The notes under the pieces were generated by a model that searched no databases, had not been told where the DNA came from, and saw only the letters and a list, made by a program, of their open reading frames with translations. Shown here one piece after another: positions 17,544 through 25,368 of a DNA stretch of 32,905 bases. Numbering within the stretch: position 1 is the stretch's first letter; the number at the start of each line of letters is the position of its first letter. A program made the position numbers and the translations under genes. Source of the stretch: a virus; the IMG/VR virus record IMGVR_UViG_3300045988_085840. One strand, written 5' to 3'.

Positions 17544-20245
17544 TACCAATTTTATACGCTGCCAGCGAAACAGACTTTACAACAAACGGCATAGGCTTAC
17601 TTACAGACGCGGTAAGCTGCACAGTAACAGAAGAGAGAAACGGGGCATATGAGGCGACGCTTATATACCCAGCAAAAGGACACTTAGCGGAATATATAGC
17701 AGAGGACGCTATCATTAAAGCAAAGGCGAACGACACGGACGAGCCGCAACTTTTTAGAATATACAAAAGCGGCAAACAGATAGGCAGTAATACGACGTGG
17801 AACGCAGAGCACATAAGCTACGAGCTCACGGGCAACCCTGTAGAGCGGTTTAGCATAAGCGGAGTAAATGCAGAGCAGGCGCTTAATAGGTTGCTGGCAG
17901 CAGCAGTATTTAAACACAAATACACAGCAGCAAGCGACATTACAACAGTAAACAAAACGAGCATAGCGGACGTGGTGAGCGTACGTAAGGCACTCGGCGG
18001 CGTAGAGGGCAGTATATTAGATACGTGGGGCGGCGAATATCACTTTAATAACTACAGAATAGAGCTATTAAAAGCGAGAGGCGCAGACAACGGCGTAACA
18101 ATCGAATACGGCAAAAACCTAACCGACGCAAAGCAAGAGCGTAACATAGCAAATATAGTAACGGCTATATTCCCATATGCAAAGTACACGCCAGAGGGCG
18201 AAGAAAGCGAGGTATACGTAAGCCTAAAAGAAAAGACACTAGTACACGCAGGCGCAGCAGATTACGCATATAAGCGCTGCGAGATAGTGGACTTTAGCAG
18301 CGAATGGGAAAGCGGCACGATTATAACCGAGGATATGTTAAGAGCGAAAGCAGAGGCGTACTTAGAAAAAATAAGCACCGAGCCAGATATTAATATTACA
18401 CTATCGTACGCACAACTTAAAAAAACAAAGGATTATAAAAACATACAGGTTATGGAAAGCGTCGCGCTATGCGATACAGTAACAGTACGCATAGATAAGC
18501 TGCAAATAGAAGCTACAGCAAAAATAGTAAAAGCGAAGTATGACAGCCTAAAAGAGCGCTACGACACTATGGAAATAGGCAGCGTACGCACAAACTTAAC
18601 TAAGCAGCTTACAGCGACGCAGCAGGAAGTAACAGAGAGCATAAAAAAGAACCAGACACGAGCCGAGCAGATAAAAAAGCAGATAGAGCAGACGATAGTA
18701 GACGTTACGGCAGCCATAACAGGAAACAGCGGCGGCTATGTGGTGCTTTATCCAGAGAAAAACCCGCAGGAGATTTATATATTAGACCAGCCAGAACTTA
18801 GCAAGGCTAAAAATGTCTGGCGCTGGAACCTTGCAGGGCTGGGGCATAGCAGCACAGGAGTAAACGGCAAATTTACTACAGCAATAACAGCAGACGGGCA
18901 AATAGTAGCAAACTTTATTACCGCGGGCGAGCTCACGGGCGCAATACTTAAAGCGGGCACAGTGTACGCAGAGGCGCTAGACGTGGAATACAGGAACGCG
19001 GTAACAAAGCACGCGGACGACGCCGCAAATAAGGCGTACGAGGACAGCTTAAGCAAGATACAAACGACAGCCGAAGAGATTACGCTATTGTGCAAGAAAA
19101 TAAGCGAAACGGCTATGCACAATTACGCAGCAGACTTTACGGACGATTTAAGCGCGCCGTGGTACGCAAGCTCGGCAAACAATGTAGTAGAAAGCAGTAC
19201 AACGCTTGGAAGATATGCGAAAATAGTAAAAGCAAGCGCAAATTATAGCAGTTACATACGCTGCGACACAAAGAAAACGCCCGCAGGCACTTACAGGGTA
19301 CGTTATAAAGCGGCGACCATAGCAGGGCAGGAGAATACAGCACGCGTACAATGCGGCTTTAAGACAACAGCAACAACGGCGGCAGGTGCGTTAAAATCGG
19401 ACGAGTGGACAACATTCGAGCGCGATATAGAGTTAAGCAGCGACTACGACGGCTATATATATTTTTATGCGACAGTATCGGGCACAACAGTATTAATTAA
19501 AGACGTGGAAGTGCTGGGGCTACTACGAGATTACGCAGAGGCGCAGCTTACAGTAAATGCAGATAATATTACAGCAGAGGTTAAAAGGGCGCAGGACGCA
19601 GAAAAAGAGCTAAAAGCGTCCATAAAGGTAAATGCAGACAATATTACGAGCTGCGTAACAAAAGATAACGTAGGCAGCTACATAACACAGTATTACAACA
19701 ACGTAATAGTAGCATTTAACAACAGCAGTAAATATGTACAGCTAAAAGCAGGCGAAATAAATATTTACAATGGCAAAGTGGACGCGGAGCACCTACGTAG
19801 CCGCTTTGATGAAGTCGGTAATAGATTTTGGCGAGATAATTATTACGTCGGCTGTATAGGTACGAACCGATGGAGCGGCAACAATGCGCATAAGGGCTTA
19901 GTATTTGATTTGGAGTATCAAGGTAAGTATATGGCGTGGGCTAGACAAGCAGAGGCACAAAGCGGCAGCTATTCTACTGTATTATGCTATTCCAGAGCAA
20001 ACAGTATATACACAGATGAGGGCTTACATTTAGGGGCTAAGTTGTACGCGCACGGGTTCGAGATAAACGGCGCAAATCATAAAAATAGTAGCGCAAACGG
20101 CTATACAGTAGCGGATAACAAAAGAGTAAGCATAATAACAGAGATACACGACAACGGCAACGGTACTATAGGCTGGACAACCTCGAGCATAACAGTACGA
20201 GACGGGGCAATAACAGGAGTACCAGAGGGCAGCAGCAGTATTTAG
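17540..20245 (+). CDS. Tail-associated protein (Tal; phage minor structural protein N-terminal / prophage tail endopeptidase-like)
   Basis: About 901 aa. The ATG at 17540 forms an ATGA overlap with the Dit stop. The N-terminus MIPILYAASETDFTTNGIGLLTDAVSCTVTEERNGAYE is characteristic of this family. Confidence 0.75.
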   Translation: MIPILYAASETDFTTNGIGLLTDAVSCTVTEERNGAYEATLIYPAKGHLAEYIAEDAIIKAKANDTDEPQLFRIYKSGKQIGSNTTWNAEHISYELTGNPVERFSISGVNAEQALNRLLAAAVFKHKYTAASDITTVNKTSIADVVSVRKALGGVEGSILDTWGGEYHFNNYRIELLKARGADNGVTIEYGKNLTDAKQERNIANIVTAIFPYAKYTPEGEESEVYVSLKEKTLVHAGAADYAYKRCEIVDFSSEWESGTIITEDMLRAKAEAYLEKISTEPDINITLSYAQLKKTKDYKNIQVMESVALCDTVTVRIDKLQIEATAKIVKAKYDSLKERYDTMEIGSVRTNLTKQLTATQQEVTESIKKNQTRAEQIKKQIEQTIVDVTAAITGNSGGYVVLYPEKNPQEIYILDQPELSKAKNVWRWNLAGLGHSSTGVNGKFTTAITADGQIVANFITAGELTGAILKAGTVYAEALDVEYRNAVTKHADDAANKAYEDSLSKIQTTAEEITLLCKKISETAMHNYAADFTDDLSAPWYASSANNVVESSTTLGRYAKIVKASANYSSYIRCDTKKTPAGTYRVRYKAATIAGQENTARVQCGFKTTATTAAGALKSDEWTTFERDIELSSDYDGYIYFYATVSGTTVLIKDVEVLGLLRDYAEAQLTVNADNITAEVKRAQDAEKELKASIKVNADNITSCVTKDNVGSYITQYYNNVIVAFNNSSKYVQLKAGEINIYNGKVDAEHLRSRFDEVGNRFWRDNYYVGCIGTNRWSGNNAHKGLVFDLEYQGKYMAWARQAEAQSGSYSTVLCYSRANSIYTDEGLHLGAKLYAHGFEINGANHKNSSANGYTVADNKRVSIITEIHDNGNGTIGWTTSSITVRDGAITGVPEGSSSI

Positions 20246-20260
20246 AAAGAGAGGCGTAAT

Positions 20261-20416
20261 ATGGCAACAGCAAAAGAAGAAAACAGGCGCGACAACTTAA
20301 TTATACCAACGGGCGACGAACCCAAAACAGAAGAGCAGCCGACAAACACTACAGAGAGTATGCAGTTATTAACAACAGAGGCACTAGCAGCTATGCAGAC
20401 GGCTATAAGGGGGTAA
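20261..20416 (+). CDS. Small hypothetical protein (51 aa)
   Basis: ATG with RBS agagagg. It fills the gap after the Tal gene and is below the ORF-track cutoff. Confidence 0.45.
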   Translation: MATAKEENRRDNLIIPTGDEPKTEEQPTNTTESMQLLTTEALAAMQTAIRG

Positions 20417-20422
20417 AAGAAA

Positions 20423-20659
20423 ATGCCACAGGAAGAAAAGCAGGAAACAAAAGAAACATTACAGGAAGAGCAACAGGCAGAACCAAAAGCGCCGACAATT
20501 AGCGCAGAGCTGCTTACAGCCGCCCGCGGAGATATGACACTTGCAATACTGGAAGTACAGAGAGCCTACGGGCTGCCAGCGTACATTACAGACGTAATAG
20601 TAAGCGCCTGCCTGTCCGATATAAGGGACTGCGCAAATAAGGAGCTTATAAGCAAATAA
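20423..20659 (+). CDS. Hypothetical protein (78 aa)
   Basis: ORF with RBS aaggggg, lying within the tail-fiber block. Confidence 0.55.
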   Translation: MPQEEKQETKETLQEEQQAEPKAPTISAELLTAARGDMTLAILEVQRAYGLPAYITDVIVSACLSDIRDCANKELISK

Positions 20660-20678
20660 GCGAAAGGAGTAATTAACA

Positions 20679-21521
20679 ATGGCTATTGTGAACACACAGA
20701 GCATAAAAGTACCGATAGACGGCGCGCCGCCGTTTGGGTACATCATAGCCAAGCAGGGCGAAATATCAAGCCGACAAGTAGAGGTAACACTACTACAGAA
20801 CGACGTAGTATATACTATACCGAGCGGAGTAAAAGCGCGTGTAAAATACTATAAGCCAGACGGCAACAAGGTAATAAACGACTGCACAATAAGCAATAAC
20901 AAAGTAATAGTAACATACACGCAGCAGATGTTAGCGGCAGCAGGCACAGGCTTTGCGGAAATACAGTTATACAACGGCTCTAGCGTACTGGTAAGTGCGA
21001 CATATTATACTAAAATCGCAGAGAGTGTATATACGGACGATATAGAGAGCACGGACGAGAGCACGAGCTTAACAAAATTAATTATAGAGACAGAACAGGC
21101 AAGGGACAGCGCACAGGCAGCAAGAACGGCAACCGAAAAAGCTACAGACAATGCCAACACAGCTACAAGCAACGCAAACGCGGCTACGAGCAACGCCACG
21201 AACGCAGCAAACGCAGCCAATAAAGCAGCAACAGCAGCAAATAACGCAGCAAGCGCAGCAGACACAGCGAAAAAAGCAGCCGACGAAGCAACCGCAAACA
21301 CAAAGAGAGAAACAGAAAACGCGAAAAACGCCACGAGCGCAGCAAACGGGGCAGCAGGAAACGCTAACACGGCAACCACAAACGCAAACAACGCAGCCAA
21401 CGCGGCGAAAGCAGCGGCAAAGACAGCACAGGACGCAGCAGCAGCAGTCTACACCGACAGGAACTACAATTTGCTTGTAAGCAGCGACGGCGCAGTAACA
21501 TTTATGTATAACGAGCAGTAA
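20679..21521 (+). CDS. BppU-like baseplate/tail fiber protein with Ala/Asn/Thr-rich shaft
   Basis: 280 aa. The N-terminal ~120 aa (IKVPIDG...RQVEVTLLQN...VKYYKPDGN...AEIQLYNG) resemble the BppU_N Ig-like domain. The C-terminal half is low complexity (ATDNANTATSNANAATSNATNAANAANKAATAANNAASAAD...). Confidence 0.55.
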   Translation: MAIVNTQSIKVPIDGAPPFGYIIAKQGEISSRQVEVTLLQNDVVYTIPSGVKARVKYYKPDGNKVINDCTISNNKVIVTYTQQMLAAAGTGFAEIQLYNGSSVLVSATYYTKIAESVYTDDIESTDESTSLTKLIIETEQARDSAQAARTATEKATDNANTATSNANAATSNATNAANAANKAATAANNAASAADTAKKAADEATANTKRETENAKNATSAANGAAGNANTATTNANNAANAAKAAAKTAQDAAAAVYTDRNYNLLVSSDGAVTFMYNEQ

Positions 21522-21536
21522 GAAAGAGAGGCAATA

Positions 21537-22598
21537 ATGGCAGTACAAAGCATTGATTTACCACGCGATACAACTATGAAAGACATAGCGGCGAGCCTGC
21601 GAGCGATTGCAGGCTTTACAGCAGCAGACCTCGTTACTATGAAACAGGTAAAGGCTATCGTAGAGGGTAAAAAAGAAAAAGAAGTATTTACAGTAGGCGA
21701 CCAGATTACAGTACCTTGGACGGATAAGGCAACAAATGTAACATACGCGGCAGTTATGGACGTCGTACATTTTGGAGACGTAGAGCTCAAGGACGGCGAA
21801 ACCACAAACGCTATGTTTTTACAATGGCATTACTGTACGCCGTTCGGGGTGCAGTATGACGCGCCAGAGGCAGAGGTAGCAACAGAGGCAACCTTTAGCG
21901 CAGATTACAATTATTACACAAAAAACAGCGACGGCAGCTTTAGCCTTGCGACTGTAACGACAGGCGGCGCTATCCCTGCGGGCACAACATATTACCACAG
22001 TGCTATTAAAGACACGAGCGGCAATATCTGTAGATATAGTTATAATCGTTGGAGCCATAGCGCTATGAGACAGTGGCTTAACAGCAAGGCGGGAGTAAAT
22101 GCTTGGTGGACGGCACAGCATAAGGGCGACGTTAAGCCCGCGGAGCTTACGACAAAGGCAGGCTTTTTAACAGGGTTCGACGACGACTTTTTAAGCTGCT
22201 TAACCCCTATCAAAATTGTAACAGTACCGAACACCATAAGCGAGCCAGACAAGAACACAGCAACAGAGATTACATACGATAAAATCTTTTTACCGAGTAT
22301 GGAACAAATGTATTGCGCGCCACAGGCAAGCGGCGAGGGCGACTACTGGGAATACTGGAAGAGAGCCAGCGGGCGCACAACACCTTGCGCACAATGGCAG
22401 ACATACCCAGAAATGATTACATATGCTATAGAAAATCACAATTCAGCGCAGTACGTCCGCTTGCGTAGCGCTTATCGTGGCAACTCGTGCGATACGTGGT
22501 ACGTTGACTCGAGCGGCAGCGTCAGCAACTACGGCGCGTACAACTCTATGCGCTGCGCGCCCGCTTGTGCAATTACGGGGGCACCCGTAGCAAAATAA
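21537..22598 (+). CDS. DGR target protein 1 (putative receptor-binding protein, C-type-lectin/DUF1566-like variable C-terminus)
   Basis: 353 aa directly after the fiber gene. The C-terminus ...RSAYRGNSCDTWYVDSSGSVSNYGAYNSMRCAPACAI corresponds to the TR-encoded RSANRGNSYNTWYVNSSGNVNNNNANNSMRCAPDC. This is the DUF1566/CLec-type VR style. Confidence 0.9.
   Translation: MAVQSIDLPRDTTMKDIAASLRAIAGFTAADLVTMKQVKAIVEGKKEKEVFTVGDQITVPWTDKATNVTYAAVMDVVHFGDVELKDGETTNAMFLQWHYCTPFGVQYDAPEAEVATEATFSADYNYYTKNSDGSFSLATVTTGGAIPAGTTYYHSAIKDTSGNICRYSYNRWSHSAMRQWLNSKAGVNAWWTAQHKGDVKPAELTTKAGFLTGFDDDFLSCLTPIKIVTVPNTISEPDKNTATEITYDKIFLPSMEQMYCAPQASGEGDYWEYWKRASGRTTPCAQWQTYPEMITYAIENHNSAQYVRLRSAYRGNSCDTWYVDSSGSVSNYGAYNSMRCAPACAITGAPVAK
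22443..22569 (+). repeat. DGR variable repeat 1 (VR1)
   Basis: Aligns base-for-base with TR 23133-23259 (offset 690). There are 14 mismatches at TR adenines (12 within the core 22447-22569) and one non-A mismatch, VR 22505 t versus TR 23195 g. Confidence 0.92.
22550..22590 (+). promoter_or_regulatory. IMH-like element plus adjacent hairpin at the 3' end of VR1
   Basis: gcgctgcgcgcccgcttgtgcaat (22550-22573) is identical to 32710-32733 in VR2, whereas TR has gcgctgcgcgcccgattgtgttat. It is followed by a hairpin, acggg-ggca-cccgt (22575-22588), extendable by t74-a89. Confidence 0.7.
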
Positions 22599-22605
22599 CG
22601 CTAAT

Positions 22606-22629
22606 GCCCTGCCGACGCCTCGGCGGGGC
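22606..22629 (+). terminator. GC-rich hairpin downstream of target gene 1 (terminator and/or DGR target-recognition structure)
   Basis: gccctgccga-cgcc-tcggcggggc forms a 10-bp stem (one G-U pair) with a 4-nt loop. No T-run follows. The hairpin after VR2 has a similar sequence. Confidence 0.5.
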
Positions 22630-22674
22630 TATCAAAGCGGAAAACGAAAATATAAAAGAAAGGACAAGCGCGAC

Positions 22675-23091
22675 GTGTCAGTAAACGAGAGCGAAAGAGG
22701 TAAAGGAAAATTTGACGTACTTATAAAGGCGAACGACTTAGCGGTATATACAATAAGAATTACAAAGAACCCTAAAATATTTCTGCCAGAGTATCAGACG
22801 GCATTAACAAATGACATCATACACACGGCAAAAGAAATATTTACGAAAGCGTGGACAGCAAACAATATAAGAGTAGGCGACGAGCCGCGTAACTGGCTCG
22901 AGCGTAAAAAGCTACAGCAAGAGGCAGCCAGAGAGTGCAATAACTTACTCGCATTTATACAAATGGCTAAGCCTCTATACCACTTAACAAGCAAAAGAGT
23001 TAAGTACTGGGGACAAAAGACAATAGAAGTACGCCAAGCATTGAGAGACTGGAACGCAGGAGACACAAAGAGATACGGAAAACTAGAATAG
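22675..23091 (+). CDS. avd: Accessory variability determinant (Avd-like four-helix-bundle protein)
   Basis: 138 aa, basic, predicted helical, with a GTG start. It sits between the target gene and TR, ending about 40 nt before TR, as bavd does in Bordetella phage BPP-1. Confidence 0.7.
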   Translation: MSVNESERGKGKFDVLIKANDLAVYTIRITKNPKIFLPEYQTALTNDIIHTAKEIFTKAWTANNIRVGDEPRNWLERKKLQQEAARECNNLLAFIQMAKPLYHLTSKRVKYWGQKTIEVRQALRDWNAGDTKRYGKLE

Positions 23092-23132
23092 ATAGCAGCG
23101 CCGCAAGGCGATACTATAAAAGGGTTGTAGGC

Positions 23133-23259
23133 TAAACGCAGAACGTCCGCTTGCGTAGCGCTAATCGTGGCAACTCGTACAATACGTGGTACGTGAACTC
23201 GAGCGGCAACGTCAACAACAACAACGCGAACAACTCTATGCGCTGCGCGCCCGATTGTG
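23133..23259 (+). repeat. DGR template repeat (TR)
   Basis: Noncoding copy of the VRs. Read in the VR frame it contains a TAA at 23133-23135 and 12 AAY codons, including (AAC)4. It holds about 32 adenines between 23137 and 23259. It lies upstream of the RT. Confidence 0.92.
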
Positions 23260-23411
23260 TTATACAATTAGTCACACGGCAGCCCCGTAGGAGCTGCGCA
23301 CTATATTTTAATTGCACAAGGAGCCGAACACCCAGCCGCAAGGCTAAACAACGCCGAGGCGATACAAACAGCTTGCGAGCTGCGCGTTATACACGTCGCG
23401 GGACTTATAAA

Positions 23412-24467
23412 ATGAATGACGATATTAAAGAGGATATCGAAGAGAATATTATAGGCTTTGACGCCCTCTATAGCTCAATGGAGAAATGCAGAAAAGGCGT
23501 TATCTGGAAAGATAGCGTAGCACATTACTACTTAAACGGGATAGAGGAAACACTTAAGCTAGAGGAGCAGCTTAAGACGGGCACATACAAAGAGAGAAAG
23601 CCCGTACAGTTTACAATAATGGCGCCAAAGAAAAGAGAAATAGTTAGCATAGCTTTTAGAGATAGAGTATATCAGAGAAGTTTAAACGATAATGCGATAT
23701 ATCCGCAAATGACAAAGGGTTTTATAAATACTAACGTAGCCTGTCAGAAAGGAAAAGGCACAGACTTAGCCAGAGAGACACTTAAAAAGTACTTAAGGGC
23801 TATGTATAGGAAGTACGGCAAGAATTTTAACGTATTGCAATGCGACATACACGGCTATTATCCAAATATGCAGCACGAGACAGCACGCCAGACCTTTAGA
23901 AAAGGATTAGAGCCGCATATATACCAAAGAGCCGACCGAGTACTTACAAACCAGTACGCGGGAGAGATTGGCTATAACCCTGGTTCGCAAATGATACAAA
24001 TAGCGGGAATATCAGTTTTAAGCCCGATAGACCATTTTATAAAAGAGCGATTGCACATAAAGTACTATATACGATATATGGACGACTTTATACTACTACA
24101 CGAAAGCGCGCAGTACTTAGAATACTGCAAGCAGGAGATAGACAAGCACTTACGCGTTATGGGCTTTGAGTTTAACCCGAAGAAAACACACGTATATAGC
24201 GTAGGTAAGTGTATACCATTTTTAGGCTTTAACTTTAAGCTGGACGACAAAGGCAAAGTAATAATGCTACTTAAATCGGACAACGTAAAAAGAGAGCGCA
24301 AAAAGCTACAAAGGCTTGTTAATAAATGCAAGCGCGGCGAGATAACAAAAGAGAAAGTAAACGTATGTTATGCAGGCTGGCGGGTGCACGCAGAAAAAGG
24401 CGACAGCACGCACTTACTCGACAGAATGGATAAATACTATAAAGACCTATGGAAAGGGGCGAAATAA
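23412..24467 (+). CDS. DGR reverse transcriptase
   Basis: 351 aa from the ATG at 23412. It has the RT motif C YIRYMDDFILL and IGYNPGSQMIQ, which resembles the DGR-clade (I/L)GxxxSQ motif. It is immediately downstream of TR. The ORF-track start at 23151 runs through TR and is rejected. Confidence 0.9.
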   Translation: MNDDIKEDIEENIIGFDALYSSMEKCRKGVIWKDSVAHYYLNGIEETLKLEEQLKTGTYKERKPVQFTIMAPKKREIVSIAFRDRVYQRSLNDNAIYPQMTKGFINTNVACQKGKGTDLARETLKKYLRAMYRKYGKNFNVLQCDIHGYYPNMQHETARQTFRKGLEPHIYQRADRVLTNQYAGEIGYNPGSQMIQIAGISVLSPIDHFIKERLHIKYYIRYMDDFILLHESAQYLEYCKQEIDKHLRVMGFEFNPKKTHVYSVGKCIPFLGFNFKLDDKGKVIMLLKSDNVKRERKKLQRLVNKCKRGEITKEKVNVCYAGWRVHAEKGDSTHLLDRMDKYYKDLWKGAK

Positions 24468-24649
24468 TGATTTTTGAGAAGTTAAAAACCAGCGTTAAAG
24501 AGCAGCGAGAAAATGAGCGCTTAAAAGCAACAGTACAGGAGCAGGCGGCACTACTCGAGTATGTAGCAACTATGGCAGATATTGACTTACCAACGCTGGC
24601 GGCAGAGGACACAGAGCATACGGAAAGCGAGGCGGCAGAGAATGAGTAA
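24467..24649 (+). CDS. Hypothetical protein (60 aa)
   Basis: The ATG overlaps the RT stop by 1 nt, with RBS aagggg 7 nt upstream. The C-terminus is acidic. Confidence 0.5.
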   Translation: MIFEKLKTSVKEQRENERLKATVQEQAALLEYVATMADIDLPTLAAEDTEHTESEAAENE

Positions 24650-24803
24650 AGCGGCAAAGAGATACAAGAGCTATTACGTAGCAGGCTGGTATAACGAGGA
24701 AATGCTTAAAAACCTCGTAGGCAAGGGGAAATTAACACCAGAAGAGTACAAGGAAATCACAGGCGACGACTACACAGAAAAAGAGGACGACGCCGAAGCA
24801 TAA
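24642..24803 (+). CDS. xkdX: XkdX-family phage protein
   Basis: 53 aa. YYVAGWYNEEMLKNLVGKGKLTPEEYKEITG matches the XkdX family pattern (W...V.KG.IT.EEY..IT). It typically lies just before the holin in Firmicutes phages. Confidence 0.7.
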   Translation: MSKAAKRYKSYYVAGWYNEEMLKNLVGKGKLTPEEYKEITGDDYTEKEDDAEA

Positions 24804-24868
24804 GAGATTAACAAAAGAGTTGCACGAAAGAAAAAATAAAAGGCGCGGCAGCGCGGAAAGGCGAAAAG

Positions 24869-25285
24869 ATGAAAGTAAAAATTTGTGCAACTATTGGAGC
24901 GCTCGGCGGGGCTATTGCTGCTTTGCTGGGCGGCTGGACTACATCACTTGCAACACTCGTAGCTTTTATGATTATTGATTATATTAGCGGGGTAATTGTA
25001 GCGGGAGTATTCCACAAGAGTAAAAAGACAGAAAGCGGCAGCTTAAAGAGCGTAGCAGGAGCAAAGGGACTCTGCAAAAAGGGTATGATTTTGTTATGCG
25101 TCTTAATTGCATACCGCTTAGACCTTGCGACAGGAGTAGATTACATACGCGAGGCTGTAATTATCGGCTTTATGTCCAACGAGCTTATAAGCATTGTAGA
25201 AAATGCGGGGCTTATGGGCGTGCCTATGCCAGCAGCTATTACTAAGGCTATCGACGTATTACAGAGCAAAGGTAAGAAAGAGTAA
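24869..25285 (+). CDS. Holin (phage_holin_4 / TcdE-like family)
   Basis: 138 aa with several hydrophobic TM segments (ATIGALGGAIAALLGGW, LATLVAFMIIDYISGVIVAGVF, MILLCVLIAY). The conserved NELISIVENA motif is present. It is upstream of the endolysin. Confidence 0.8.
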   Translation: MKVKICATIGALGGAIAALLGGWTTSLATLVAFMIIDYISGVIVAGVFHKSKKTESGSLKSVAGAKGLCKKGMILLCVLIAYRLDLATGVDYIREAVIIGFMSNELISIVENAGLMGVPMPAAITKAIDVLQSKGKKE

Positions 25286-25368
25286 AAGCGATTAACTAAA
25301 GAAATATACAAAAGAGTTTTACCCAAGAAAGCTATTAACACGGGCTTATAAAGAAAGGTAAAACCATT

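Larger units (their letters stand above)
21537..24467 (+). mobile_element. Diversity-generating retroelement cassette: target gene/VR1 - avd - TR - RT
   Basis: A ~127-bp repeat pair (VR1/TR) differs almost only at TR adenines. It is flanked by an Avd-like gene and a YMDD reverse transcriptase, in the canonical BPP-1-like order. Confidence 0.93.

Noticed and set aside
21090-21460. AAC/GCA-rich low-complexity DNA as an additional DGR template or variable repeat
   Set aside because: It has no matching partner repeat elsewhere in the window and no IMH-like GC-rich 3' element. It is explained as a low-complexity fiber-shaft coding sequence.
21151-21480. Gln/Thr/Arg-rich + strand ORF (109 aa) inside the fiber gene. 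Similar alternate-frame + ORFs lie at 4474..4743, 5730..6011 and 6293..6601
   Set aside because: They are alternate reading frames of recognised genes. Their basic, low-complexity composition is what frame-shifted translation of A/G-rich DNA produces, and they have no independent RBS or family resemblance.
23151-23411. N-terminal 87 codons of the ORF-track reverse transcriptase ORF (23151..24467)
   Set aside because: This stretch is the DGR template repeat plus spacer read in an open frame from a TTG. RT homology and a plausible ATG start begin at 23412. The frame stays open only because the strand is T-poor.
23412-24467. The RT as a retron, group II intron or Abi-type defence reverse transcriptase
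   Set aside because: The adjacent TR with two adenine-mismatched VR copies, the Avd-like gene and the SQ-type motif all fit a DGR. No intron RNA domains, maturase/endonuclease extension or msr/msd-like inverted repeats were seen.
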